Shown here: in pieces, positions 46,198 through 54,945 of the stretch
Layout of the letters: each line of letters starts with the position of its first letter
Numbering within the stretch: the stretch's first letter is position 1
Assembly: GCA_964649795.1 (NCBI GenBank)
Contig: CAZYQY010000002.1
Span: forward strand, 1 to 61,659
Direction of reading: 5' to 3'
Origin: an uncultured Candidatus Saccharibacteria bacterium
GTDB taxonomy: Bacteria > Patescibacteriota > Minisyncoccia > Portnoybacterales > UBA2143
Length of the DNA: 61,659 bases
Position numbers and translations under genes: made by a program
The notes under the pieces: model-generated
Databases searched by the model: none
Told to the model about the DNA's origin: nothing
Seen by the model: only the letters and a program-made list of their open reading frames with translations

Positions 46198-47736
46198 CTA
46201 CATCTTTTCTGGGGCTGAAATGCCCATTAGCTCCAGAGTATTTTTAAGAACTATTCTTGTTGCCTGAATTAAACTGATACGCGCTTGAGTTAATTTTTTA
46301 TCTTTTTCGTCAATCACGCGACACTGTTCATAAAACTGATGAAAACTATTAGCCAGTTCCATGGCATAATAAGGCAATCTTTGGACTTGATAATCTTTGG
46401 CTGTGTCTTCAATAACCTCTGGAAATTTAATTAATTTACGAACAAGATTTAATTCTGGCTTTGTCATTCTGAGGCCAAAAGCCGAAGAATCTAGATCCTT
46501 CGCTTCGCTCAGGATGACGTCTTTCGCTTTTCTTAAAATACTGCAGATTCTTGCGTGAGCGTATTGAACATAATAAACTGGATTTTTTGCTGATTGTTCT
46601 TGAGCTAATTTCAAATCAAAATTCAAATGGGTATCAGCTGATTTTTGTAAAAAGAAAAAACGAACAGCATCAGCACCAACTTTGTCTAATAACTCATCCA
46701 TTTCCACATAAAGCCCTGCTCTTTTTGACATTTTTTGCTTTTCGCCTTTATCTAAAATTGTCACAAACTGTAAAAGAATAATTTCTAATTTGTCTTTATA
46801 ACCAATTGCTTCTACCCCGGCCAGAAGCCCTGGCACATCTCCATGATGATCAGCGCCCCAAATATTAATTACTTTATCAAATTTCTTTTCCTTAAACTTA
46901 TACTCATGCAAAGCAATATCGCCAGCTAAATATGTTTTATTTCCGTCTTTTTTAATAAGAACTCTATCTCTTTTATCTCCAAATTTAGTTGATTTAAACC
47001 ATTGAGCTCCATCTCCCTGTTTAATTAAACCCTTTTCATCTAAAATTTTCAAGACTTTATCAACTATGCCTGATTTATGCAAATCTGATTCAAAAATCCA
47101 TTCGTCGTATTTAATTCCCAATTTGTCAGTCGTTTTCTGAATTAAATCTTTAATAATATGCTTAGCCAAAATTTGACCGACTTGATAAGGATCTTTCCCG
47201 TCTATTTTTTCTCTAATTCTATCAATATAATTGCTTTTGTATTTTCCTTTGCCTAAATCCAAAATTTGCTGGCCAGCATCATTAATATAATAGGCCTTTG
47301 CAGTTTTAAAGCCCGCTTTATTTAAAACATTAGTTAAAACATCTCCAAAAGGCCCGCCACGAGCATTAGCCACGGTTAAAGGCCCGGTTGGATTGGCTGA
47401 AATAAATTCAACCTGAATTTTTTTGTTTTGGCCAATATCTAATTGCCCGTAATTGTCTCCTTGTTTAATAATCTCATCTAATTCTTCCTCAAGCGCTTTT
47501 TCAGACAAAAAAAAGTTAATAAAACCCGGTCCAGCTTTTTCAATTTTTTTAAATAAAGGATTGTCTTTTAACTTGATAATAATCTTTTCTGGGTCAGTTT
47601 TCGTCTGCAAAACGATATTAGTTGAATAATCGCCAAATTCCGAATTAGCCGGATGATCTAAATGAATTTCTTTTTTAACAACATCTTTAATTAATTTTTC
47701 TATTTCTCTTCTAATCATGTATTCATCATAGCCCAT
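46198..47736 (-). CDS. argS: Arginyl-tRNA synthetase
   Basis: SANPTGPL, ADHHGD and QKMSKRAG motifs, and a C-terminal DALR domain (YVQYAHARICSILRKA). Confidence 0.95.
   Translation of the reverse strand: MGYDEYMIRREIEKLIKDVVKKEIHLDHPANSEFGDYSTNIVLQTKTDPEKIIIKLKDNPLFKKIEKAGPGFINFFLSEKALEEELDEIIKQGDNYGQLDIGQNKKIQVEFISANPTGPLTVANARGGPFGDVLTNVLNKAGFKTAKAYYINDAGQQILDLGKGKYKSNYIDRIREKIDGKDPYQVGQILAKHIIKDLIQKTTDKLGIKYDEWIFESDLHKSGIVDKVLKILDEKGLIKQGDGAQWFKSTKFGDKRDRVLIKKDGNKTYLAGDIALHEYKFKEKKFDKVINIWGADHHGDVPGLLAGVEAIGYKDKLEIILLQFVTILDKGEKQKMSKRAGLYVEMDELLDKVGADAVRFFFLQKSADTHLNFDLKLAQEQSAKNPVYYVQYAHARICSILRKAKDVILSEAKDLDSSAFGLRMTKPELNLVRKLIKFPEVIEDTAKDYQVQRLPYYAMELANSFHQFYEQCRVIDEKDKKLTQARISLIQATRIVLKNTLELMGISAPEKM
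46463..46518. repeat. 56-nt palindromic repeat element lying in frame inside argS
   Basis: gtcattctgag...ctcaggatgac outer arms match at 10 of 11 positions, and cgaagaatc / gatccttcg inner arms at 8 of 9. Translated within ArgRS it gives VILSEAKDLDSSAFGLRMT. Confidence 0.6.
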
Positions 47737-47783
47737 TTCTTCTATTTTCTCAATACCAATGACATGCTAAAATTATCTTAACT

Positions 47784-48248
47784 ATGCCTACATTAACTAC
47801 TAATCCCAGAGCTAAATTTGATTATTCTATTTTAGAAACCTTTGAAGCGGGTATGGTTTTGTCTGGCCAGGAAGTTAAGTCAACTAAAAACAATAAAATG
47901 AGCTTAAAGGGTTCTTATATAACGATTAAAAATGAGGAGGTGTGGTTAATTAATGCATTTGTACCTCCTTATCAGACCAAAAATACGCCTGAGGATTATA
48001 AACCTGACAAATCTAGAAAACTGCTTTTGCATAAAAAAGAAATCAATAGATTAATCGGTAAAACCAAACAAAAAGGCTTGACTTTAGTGCCTTTGCGCGT
48101 TTATACTAAACACAACCGTATAAAATTAGAGTTTGGCTTAGGCCAAGGTAAAAAGAAAATAGACAAACGAGAAAAAATTAAAAAAAGAGAAGTTAAGCGC
48201 AGCATTGACAGAGCACTACGAGACAAAGGGGATGATAGGCATCGATAA
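47784..48248 (+). CDS. smpB: SsrA-binding protein SmpB
   Basis: NPRAKFDY...LSGQEVKS...SLKGSY signature with a basic C-terminal tail. Confidence 0.93.
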   Translation: MPTLTTNPRAKFDYSILETFEAGMVLSGQEVKSTKNNKMSLKGSYITIKNEEVWLINAFVPPYQTKNTPEDYKPDKSRKLLLHKKEINRLIGKTKQKGLTLVPLRVYTKHNRIKLEFGLGQGKKKIDKREKIKKREVKRSIDRALRDKGDDRHR

Positions 48249-48568
48249 GAGTTCTTTTCTTAATAAGCAAGTCGAGCTTAAAAACTCGTTAAACTTTTAA
48301 CCCTAATAAGTGCTAACAAAAATTTAGCCTTTGCTGTTGCTTAAGCGCATCAGCCATCCAAACTTTTGACTCCTGATAAAAAGCTTTGGGTGTTATCTTA
48401 TCAGGATAGACATTTAGATTGTTTCGACTAATTGTTAAATCTTAGAAGCAGGAATTAAAAAAATTTGCTTGGTTTTTAGTTTTTAATTCTCATTACAAAT
48501 CAAGCTAAACTTGTAGAATTATTAAGAAATGCCTTTTACACGCGGGTTCGATTCCCGCCGTCTCCACC
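48228..48568 (+). ncRNA. ssrA: tmRNA (SsrA)
   Basis: 5' GGGGATG pairs with 3' CGTCTCC, giving a G3:U pair. There is a T-arm-like GGGTTCGATTCCCGCC. The tag reading frame at 48312-48344 (gct aac aaa aat tta gcc ttt gct gtt gct taa) encodes ANKNLAFAVA. Confidence 0.85.
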
Positions 48569-48623
48569 CCGTAAAAACAACTTAAAACCTATTTACAAAA
48601 GATATTACAATAAAAAAATAGAA

Positions 48624-49127
48624 TTGCGTACCAGAGTAAATCATTGGATTAAAATTAGTCCTATTCATTTAATCGACGACCAAGGGAACAATTTAGGAAC
48701 TACTGAAACATCTAAAGCGCTTAAAATGGCCCGGGAAAGAGGGCTTGATTTAATTGAAATTGCTCCTAATGCTAAACCGCCTGTTTGCCGAATAATGGAT
48801 TATGGGAAATACAAATATCAAAAATCCAAAAAAGAAAAAGACCAAAGAATAAAACAGAAAAAAGTGGAAATAAAAGGCATTAGAATAAGTTTTCGAACTA
48901 GCCAGCATGATTTAGAAATAAAAGCTAAAAGAACTGAAAAATTTCTTGGACAAGGACATAAAGTTAAAATAGAAATGATTTTACGCGGCCGTGAAAAAAG
49001 TTTTTCTTTATTTGAAATGGCAAAAGAAAAATTTAATCAATTTACTAAGTTGATTGGTCCAGAAATCAAAGTTGAACAAGAAGTGAAAAGGCAGCCAAGA
49101 GGATTAATTATGGTAATAAGTAAATAA
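48624..49127 (+). CDS. infC: Translation initiation factor IF-3
   Basis: IKISPIHLIDDQGNNLG N-domain start, followed by the C-domain. The apparent start codon is a non-ATG (TTG). Confidence 0.9.
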   Translation: MRTRVNHWIKISPIHLIDDQGNNLGTTETSKALKMARERGLDLIEIAPNAKPPVCRIMDYGKYKYQKSKKEKDQRIKQKKVEIKGIRISFRTSQHDLEIKAKRTEKFLGQGHKVKIEMILRGREKSFSLFEMAKEKFNQFTKLIGPEIKVEQEVKRQPRGLIMVISK

Positions 49128-49132
49128 TAAAA

Positions 49133-49330
49133 ATGGGTAAAATTAAGACAAAAAAAGCTTTGTTAAAAAGAATTAGAGTAACCAGCAAAGGGAAGATAAT
49201 GCGACGTTCTGTTCGTCAAGGACATTTTAATGCTAAAGAATCAAGCAACAAAACTAGAGGGAAAAGAAGAATAAATAAAATTTCCCAAGTTGATAAAAAA
49301 AGAATTAAAAAAATATTGCCAAGTATTTAA
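49133..49330 (+). CDS. rpmI: 50S ribosomal protein L35
   Basis: MGKIKTKKALLKRIRVTSKGKIMRR, in the infC-rpmI-rplT gene order. Confidence 0.92.
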   Translation: MGKIKTKKALLKRIRVTSKGKIMRRSVRQGHFNAKESSNKTRGKRRINKISQVDKKRIKKILPSI

Positions 49331-49334
49331 ATTT

Positions 49335-49679
49335 ATGACTAGAGTCAAAAGAGGAACAATGGCCCATAAGCGCAGAAAGAAGATTATTAAACAAGCCAAA
49401 GGGTTTAAATGGGGTCGCAAATCAAAATATAAATTAGCCAAGGATGCTCTTAAGCACGCTTGGACTTATGCCTATAGAGATCGCAGAAGGAAAAAGCGGG
49501 ACTTTCGCCAACTCTGGCAAATTAAAATTAATGCTGCAGCTCGAGAAAGTGGTTTAACTTATAGTCAATTTATTAATAAATTAAAAAAAGCCAAGATTGA
49601 ACTTGACCGAAAAATATTGTCTTATTTAGCTGAAAAACAGCCAGAGATATTTAAAAAGATTATTGAAAAGGTTAGATAA
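49335..49679 (+). CDS. rplT: 50S ribosomal protein L20
   Basis: MTRVKRGTMAHKRRKKIIKQAKGF.. The ORF-track start at 49290 overlaps rpmI, so the ATG at 49335 is preferred. Confidence 0.92.
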   Translation: MTRVKRGTMAHKRRKKIIKQAKGFKWGRKSKYKLAKDALKHAWTYAYRDRRRKKRDFRQLWQIKINAAARESGLTYSQFINKLKKAKIELDRKILSYLAEKQPEIFKKIIEKVR

Positions 49680-49689
49680 AAATACTCTT

Positions 49690-50622
49690 TTAAATTTCTC
49701 CTATTAGCAAATCTAAAGCGGTTGTACCATCTATGCGTCCGCTTTTTATTTTTAAATCAATTTCCAATAATTGCTGGTAGATTTTTTTTAATTGGTCTAA
49801 AGTAAAATTTCTTAATTGCTCTGAACTTTTTTTAACTACAAAAGGATGAAGCTTACTTATTTTGGCTAAATTATAAAAAGGAGTTCCTTTGTCTATTAAG
49901 TCCTTTAATTTTAATAAAGATCGTATCTGGTAAATAAACATGGAAAGCAAATAAATCTCATTTTCGCCTTTTTCTAAATGCTCATGCAAAAGCCGCAGAG
50001 CTGTTTTTTTATCCTTTTGAGCTAAAGCGTCAAGAGTTTTAAAAATGTTCAAGTCCATTTTTGATTTAATCATCAATTCAACATCCTGGGTATTAATTAT
50101 CTGACCTGCCTTATAACTAATCAATTTTTTAATCTCGTTATTTATCTGCCACAAATCATTTCCTACATAAGCAATTAATTTATTGATTGCTTCTGGATTA
50201 ATCTCTGCTTGATTTTTATTAATTTCTTTTTTAATCCAATTATTTAAATTCATCCCCTCTAAAGGCTTAAATTCTTCTAACATACTTACTTTGCGCTTTA
50301 AAGCAGTTATTGGTAATTTCTCTCTTGAATAAAGAACTATAATGATATCTTGGTTATTTTTTAATTTATTCTTATTTGCGTATTTAAAAAAAATATCTTG
50401 AAAATCTTTATTTTTAAAAATATTTTCTAAAACAATTAATTTTTTTTCATCAAACATGGAAACTGCTTCAATTTTTTCTCTAATTTTATTGAATTCCAAA
50501 TTATTCTCTGCAAAATGCATTAAATTAAGCCCTGTTTGATGTTTGGCTTGATATTCTTGAATAATTTCATTTAATTTTTCACGAGAACGATAAGTATCCT
50601 CGCCGTAAAGAAGTATAAGCAT
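49690..50622 (-). CDS. holA: DNA polymerase III delta subunit
   Basis: LLYGEDTY start, and a size and helical C-terminus typical of HolA. Confidence 0.75.
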   Translation of the reverse strand: MLILLYGEDTYRSREKLNEIIQEYQAKHQTGLNLMHFAENNLEFNKIREKIEAVSMFDEKKLIVLENIFKNKDFQDIFFKYANKNKLKNNQDIIIVLYSREKLPITALKRKVSMLEEFKPLEGMNLNNWIKKEINKNQAEINPEAINKLIAYVGNDLWQINNEIKKLISYKAGQIINTQDVELMIKSKMDLNIFKTLDALAQKDKKTALRLLHEHLEKGENEIYLLSMFIYQIRSLLKLKDLIDKGTPFYNLAKISKLHPFVVKKSSEQLRNFTLDQLKKIYQQLLEIDLKIKSGRIDGTTALDLLIGEI

Positions 50623-50678
50623 AATAAAATTAAAAGTTTAATTCTAATTATAACTTACTAAAAACAATATCTCAACTA

Positions 50679-50706
50679 TTGACTTTCTTTGACAATTTGA
50701 TATAAT
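50679..50706 (+). promoter_or_regulatory. Sigma70-type promoter of the second target-like gene
   Basis: TTGACT-16 nt-TATAAT. It is followed by a leader of about 160 nt. Confidence 0.5.
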
Positions 50707-50872
50707 GATAGCGTTATGATTAGTTCTTTTCAAATGCGGTTTAGAATACTATGAGGCAAGTATTTTGGATATCAAATTATTTGATTTCTGAAATACTTGT
50801 CTCATAAAGAGATAAGTCGTTAGTCCGAGCGATTCGGATAGAAAATCACAGAAAGGATAAAGGAGGTATGCC

Positions 50873-51646
50873 ATGGAAAGTATGGTGAGCCACACCCTGT
50901 CGGTGCACAACGAACACGAATTTTTACTGAAAATGGAGAAGGCGGGTCTTTCTGAAGAACTTGCCCAGAAGGTCATTGACTCAAATGGCAACGAACTCGC
51001 CCAAAAAGTAGTCAGATTCATTCAGAACGGCGGTTTTGAGCCGACAACCAGCCAGAAGCGCACTCGTGAAATCATAGGTCAGAATTTCTTCGGTGTCGAA
51101 GAGGCCATCCAGCATTTCGGAGTTAACCCAACCCGTCAGCAAACACTTGCTTTGTCGGAGGTTCCTTTTTCTGAAGAAGTACTTCAGAAGGCAAGGGATA
51201 CTCACGCTCTGATGGCGGTCTTCCCGCTTTCGATTCTCGAGATTCGCGGCAAGGTTGAGCGAAAGCTTTTTTACGGCTATGAAGATGCTTGGTATAACAA
51301 GCAAGCATTTGCCAAAGAGCGTGGTGAGACAAGCTGGCAACTGGTTCGCAAAACACCAGTGAACAATTCAACCTCGAAAAACTGGGAAGAGCAACAAGCT
51401 CTTATTTCGAAAGAGGACGAAGTCCCGACTCCCCAAGTGATGGTCTATACCATTATTGGTCATTACCTGGCTACTGGCGAGCGTCTGTTCGAGCACATTT
51501 ATGTCCGTACGTCATTTGTAGTTTCGGACGGCTTCCGCGTCTACGTCGGCAGCTTCGATTCGGATGGTCTCTCTGTCGGCAGCTACTGGGATGACCGCCG
51601 TGAGGGCGGCTTGGGCGTCTCGTCCGCTCGGAAGTTCCCCGCATAA
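50873..51646 (+). CDS. DGR-target-like protein paralog (no cognate TR found in this window)
   Basis: GC-rich 257-aa ORF with an aaaggagg SD. The C-terminus GFRVYVGSFDSDGLSVGSYWDDRREGGLGVSSARK parallels the VR segment of the 15714-16445 protein, including a similar ending (GSASCRS vs GVSSARK). Confidence 0.65.
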   Translation: MESMVSHTLSVHNEHEFLLKMEKAGLSEELAQKVIDSNGNELAQKVVRFIQNGGFEPTTSQKRTREIIGQNFFGVEEAIQHFGVNPTRQQTLALSEVPFSEEVLQKARDTHALMAVFPLSILEIRGKVERKLFYGYEDAWYNKQAFAKERGETSWQLVRKTPVNNSTSKNWEEQQALISKEDEVPTPQVMVYTIIGHYLATGERLFEHIYVRTSFVVSDGFRVYVGSFDSDGLSVGSYWDDRREGGLGVSSARKFPA

Positions 51647-51834
51647 ATCACGAAGTGATTTTGCGGGATAAATTGAATCCTGAACCCTTAAAATTTTGTT
51701 CCTTTTGATAACTTGAGCCTTCGGCGATATTTTCGTTGAGGGCTCTTTTCTTTCCCTAAGATTTCCTATAAAATATAAATGTCTGCTAATGAAGGTTGGA
51801 CCACGGTTTAACCTCGCGGACGTCTCATCTTTGA

Positions 51835-52032
51835 GATATCGCCAGAGTATCGTTGTTTACGGATAACGATAGCGTGCGACAAAAGATGGAGATTGAACTT
51901 CTTAAGGGAATAATCAGCCAAGAAATTCTTGAGCAATCGTTTCAGTCCTACATGGGCGTTCTTTCTCATGCTGATACTTATAAATTGGGACAGGAACTGA
52001 AAAATCAATTCTGGTTTTGGCTTAACAAATAG
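51835..52032 (+). pseudogene. Fossil C-terminal fragment of a second DGR-type reverse transcriptase
   Basis: The open frame translates to ...VRQKMEIELLKGIISQEILEQSFQSYMGVLSHADTYKLGQELKNQFWFWLNK*. This is collinear with the RT C-terminus LRQRVKEYKQEKIDEKTFLQSFNSYLGVLSHAKSYKFEQELKHKMWEWLKED*. No finger or palm motifs lie upstream. Confidence 0.6.
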
Positions 52033-52078
52033 AAATACCCCCTAACGGATTAAATATATTATCTAAAGAATGGACAAT

Positions 52079-53110
52079 TTACTCCCAAGCTATCTTTTGA
52101 TCAGGCTCAACTATTTCTATCCATGTTTGGCCAGGCACAAAAGAAATTTCTTCGTTGTTTTTTCTGTCTAAAAATTTAAGTTTACTGGTTGGATTATTCT
52201 CGCTTTTTTGCCAAATACAAGGTATAACTTCCCCATTTTGATAAACACTACATTGCCCTTCACCTTCCAAATTTAAATCATTATAATATGGCCCTTCAAT
52301 TTGTTCTGAGAAAACTTTCATTATAACTATGTTTTTAGCTCTAACTTGCTGATTATTATTAGCATCTATTTCTTTAGTATTAGTTCTCCATCGTAAATAA
52401 GAATTAGTTTCTGAATCATATTCATAAGATACATTATATGGATAAGAATATTCTATTCTTAAAATTTTATCCTCTTCATTCTGAGTATTTTTTTCTTTTG
52501 CATACGGATATCCTTCGAATTGATTTTCTAAACGATAATTTAATTTTTTAGCTGCTTTAATCAATTTTTCTATTGATGTAAAGCCATCGTGAGGGGCTGA
52601 TTTTGTGTTTTTTCTGTAAAAAGCATTGGCTGGATTTTTCAAAGCATCTATATTGTCCATTATTCCATTATTAAGCTTGTCTAAAGCAAAATGCGAACCG
52701 CCCCAATGGGCCAGAATAGCATCAAACCCCATAGTCAAAGGGATAAAATCATGGCGAGCGCTGCGCATAGAACCAATTTCTTTTGGGAAATTGCAAATAT
52801 AAAAAGCTATTGTTCTGGTAATGCTATTAGTGATTACCGGCATTTCTATTACTAAGTCGGCTTGAGAAAGCCCGTACAAAGGACGAGCCATTGGATCATT
52901 TGCAAAAACAACGGCCAATGGCCTTCTTTGATAATCTGGACAAGTCAATCCGCTTAATGGACTAATATCTCCTTGTATTTGATTGCCTGAATCAGTTAAA
53001 TTGTCTTCCGTATTTAATTCCCAACTATTTTTCTCCAAAACAAAAATTAGCCCAAGGGCTAAAACAACTAAAATTGAAATTATTACCCATTTATTATTCA
53101 GATTAAACAT
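52079..53110 (-). CDS. DUF3048-like secreted or lipid-anchored protein
   Basis: N-terminal TM/signal helix. PLSGL.C......RPLAVVFANDPMARP..GLSQADLV.E.PV matches the pattern I associate with DUF3048 (YerB-like). Confidence 0.55.
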   Translation of the reverse strand: MFNLNNKWVIISILVVLALGLIFVLEKNSWELNTEDNLTDSGNQIQGDISPLSGLTCPDYQRRPLAVVFANDPMARPLYGLSQADLVIEMPVITNSITRTIAFYICNFPKEIGSMRSARHDFIPLTMGFDAILAHWGGSHFALDKLNNGIMDNIDALKNPANAFYRKNTKSAPHDGFTSIEKLIKAAKKLNYRLENQFEGYPYAKEKNTQNEEDKILRIEYSYPYNVSYEYDSETNSYLRWRTNTKEIDANNNQQVRAKNIVIMKVFSEQIEGPYYNDLNLEGEGQCSVYQNGEVIPCIWQKSENNPTSKLKFLDRKNNEEISFVPGQTWIEIVEPDQKIAWE

Positions 53111-53125
53111 AATTCGTAAATTTTA

Positions 53126-53998
53126 TTATATCATATCAAATCTTTTTATCAAACTTCTGAATTCCAGATTTTCTAATAATTTAATTACTTTCTTTTTGTT
53201 ATAACTTCCCCATTTACACTTTTCTAAATCAAAATCAATAGGAATATCTTTTTTTATAGTAGCTAAGCGTCTGCTAAAAAATGCTTGTTCTTTGTATTCC
53301 AGCAATCTTGCTTTTAATTTTGGGTCTATATCATTTATTTCTATATCCTTATAAAGTTTTTCAATGCTGTTAAATTTTTCAATTAATTTAATAGCTGTTT
53401 TTTCGCCAATTCCAGGCACACCGGGTATATTGTCAGAAGCATCGCCTTTAAGTCCTTTTAAATCAATTATTTGTTCTGGTTTTAAATTATAGCGTTTTTT
53501 GACTGCTAATGTATTATAAATAATTATATCTTTAATCCCTTTTTTAGGAACATGAACTTCTGCCTTTTTATCAACTAATTGAAGCATGTCTAAATCACCA
53601 GTAATAATTATATTCTTTATTTCTGATTCTTTATTTCTCATTTTTGATACAATTGTCCCAATAATATCATCTGCTTCAAATCCTTTTTTTTCATAAATAG
53701 GAATTTCTAATGCTTTTACTACTTCTTTTATTTTAGGAATCTGGTCATATAATTCCTGCGGATGCTTAACTCTTTTAGCCTTATATTCTTTATATTCCAA
53801 ATCACGAAAAGTAGGTCCAGCCAAATCAAAAGTGGCAACTAAATAATCAGGCCCTAATTTTTGAATAACGCCCAAAAGAATGCTAATAAATCCATAAACA
53901 GCATTAACTAATTCTCCTTTTTTAGTTTTTAGAGGAGGCATAGCATGAAATGCGCGATGGATCAAAGCATTTCCGTCAATAATGACTAATTTTTCCAT
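53126..53998 (-). CDS. 5'-3' exonuclease (stand-alone Pol I N-terminal / FEN-like domain)
   Basis: LVIIDGNALIHRAFHA, the acidic clusters (ADDIIGT, TGDLDMLQL), and the H3TH motif GDASDNIPGVPGIGEKTA. Confidence 0.88.
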   Translation of the reverse strand: MEKLVIIDGNALIHRAFHAMPPLKTKKGELVNAVYGFISILLGVIQKLGPDYLVATFDLAGPTFRDLEYKEYKAKRVKHPQELYDQIPKIKEVVKALEIPIYEKKGFEADDIIGTIVSKMRNKESEIKNIIITGDLDMLQLVDKKAEVHVPKKGIKDIIIYNTLAVKKRYNLKPEQIIDLKGLKGDASDNIPGVPGIGEKTAIKLIEKFNSIEKLYKDIEINDIDPKLKARLLEYKEQAFFSRRLATIKKDIPIDFDLEKCKWGSYNKKKVIKLLENLEFRSLIKRFDMI

Positions 53999-54444
53999 TT
54001 GATTATAATCTCTCTTTTATTTTCATTAATATGATTAAACTTCATCCATATGGCATCTAATGGCAAGCTTTTTTTAATCCTTTCAGCCCATTCAATAACA
54101 ACTACATTTTTAGAATTATTAATGATTTCTTTGAAATCTAATTCATCTAAATCTTTTGGCCCAATTCTATAGCAATCAATGTGATAGAAACTTGAAACTT
54201 TTAATTTTAATATTTTATATTTTCTCAAAATAACAAATGTAGGACTGGTAATTTGCTCTTTAATTCTAAATCCTTTAGCCATTCCTTGAATAAAAGTTGT
54301 TTTGCCGCTGCCTAAATCGCCTTCCATACCAACAATTAATGCTTTTGTTTTTTCCGACTTGCTGTTAATTATCTCTTGAGCTAAAAATTTTCCTATTTTC
54401 TGTGTTTTTTGAGCGCTTTCAGTAATAATTTCCATATTGTTCAT
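53986..54444 (-). CDS. tsaE: tRNA t6A biosynthesis ATPase TsaE
   Basis: GDLGSGKTTF Walker A and the SPTF..L..Y motif. Confidence 0.88.
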   Translation of the reverse strand: MNNMEIITESAQKTQKIGKFLAQEIINSKSEKTKALIVGMEGDLGSGKTTFIQGMAKGFRIKEQITSPTFVILRKYKILKLKVSSFYHIDCYRIGPKDLDELDFKEIINNSKNVVVIEWAERIKKSLPLDAIWMKFNHINENKREIIIKWKN

Positions 54445-54547
54445 TATACCAAAAAACCGCCATTAAGGCGATTTTTTTAGAGGTTTGACCTCGAATAGTA
54501 GCGACATTGCGAAGCAGGGTCGCGCTTGAGAGGTCGAACCTCGATAG

Positions 54548-54580
54548 GAAGCAAGGACGTCATTTTAAGGACGATGCCTC
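54548..54580. repeat. Left 33-nt inverted repeat bracketing the TA/nuclease cassette
   Basis: gaagcaaggacgtcattttaaggacgatgcctc matches the reverse complement of 56408-56440 at 32 of 33 positions. Confidence 0.7.
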
Positions 54581-54609
54581 GAGATTATGAAAACAACGCC
54601 TCTGGATTA

Positions 54610-54945
54610 TTATAAATCAAAATGGATTCTTAAATAATCTTTAACTTGATCTATTGTATCTTTCTTTATAGCTCCAATTTGTTTAATAAAACGTGATCTA
54701 TCAAAAGACTGAATATGATGAACTTTTAATATTGAATCACAAAACAATCCATTCTGACTATCCTTAATTACTAAAATATCATCTTGAATTTTATTATTTG
54801 AATTTGAAGTAAGTGGAATTATTGTAAAAACAGAACTCTTTTTAATTTGAGAATTGGTTTCAATAATTAAAGCAGGTCGTTCTTTCTTATATTCGTGGCC
54901 AACTGAATTCAAAAATTTAACTAACCAAATTTCGCCTTGATTCAT
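54610..54945 (-). CDS. mazF: MazF/PemK-family type II toxin endoribonuclease
   Basis: GEIWLVKF....G.E..K.RPALII...IIPLTS pattern. Overlaps the upstream antitoxin gene by 4 nt. Confidence 0.8.
   Translation of the reverse strand: MNQGEIWLVKFLNSVGHEYKKERPALIIETNSQIKKSSVFTIIPLTSNSNNKIQDDILVIKDSQNGLFCDSILKVHHIQSFDRSRFIKQIGAIKKDTIDQVKDYLRIHFDL

Noticed and set aside
48624-48626. infC appears to start at TTG.
   Set aside because: Non-AUG initiation of infC is the well-known autoregulatory norm, so it is expected rather than anomalous.
51647-51835. A possible TR for the second target in the spacer between the gene and the RT fossil.
   Set aside because: By eye, no stretch aligns to 51500-51646 even when adenine substitutions are allowed. 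Only small hairpins are present (gagcc..ggctc and tatcgtt..aacgata).
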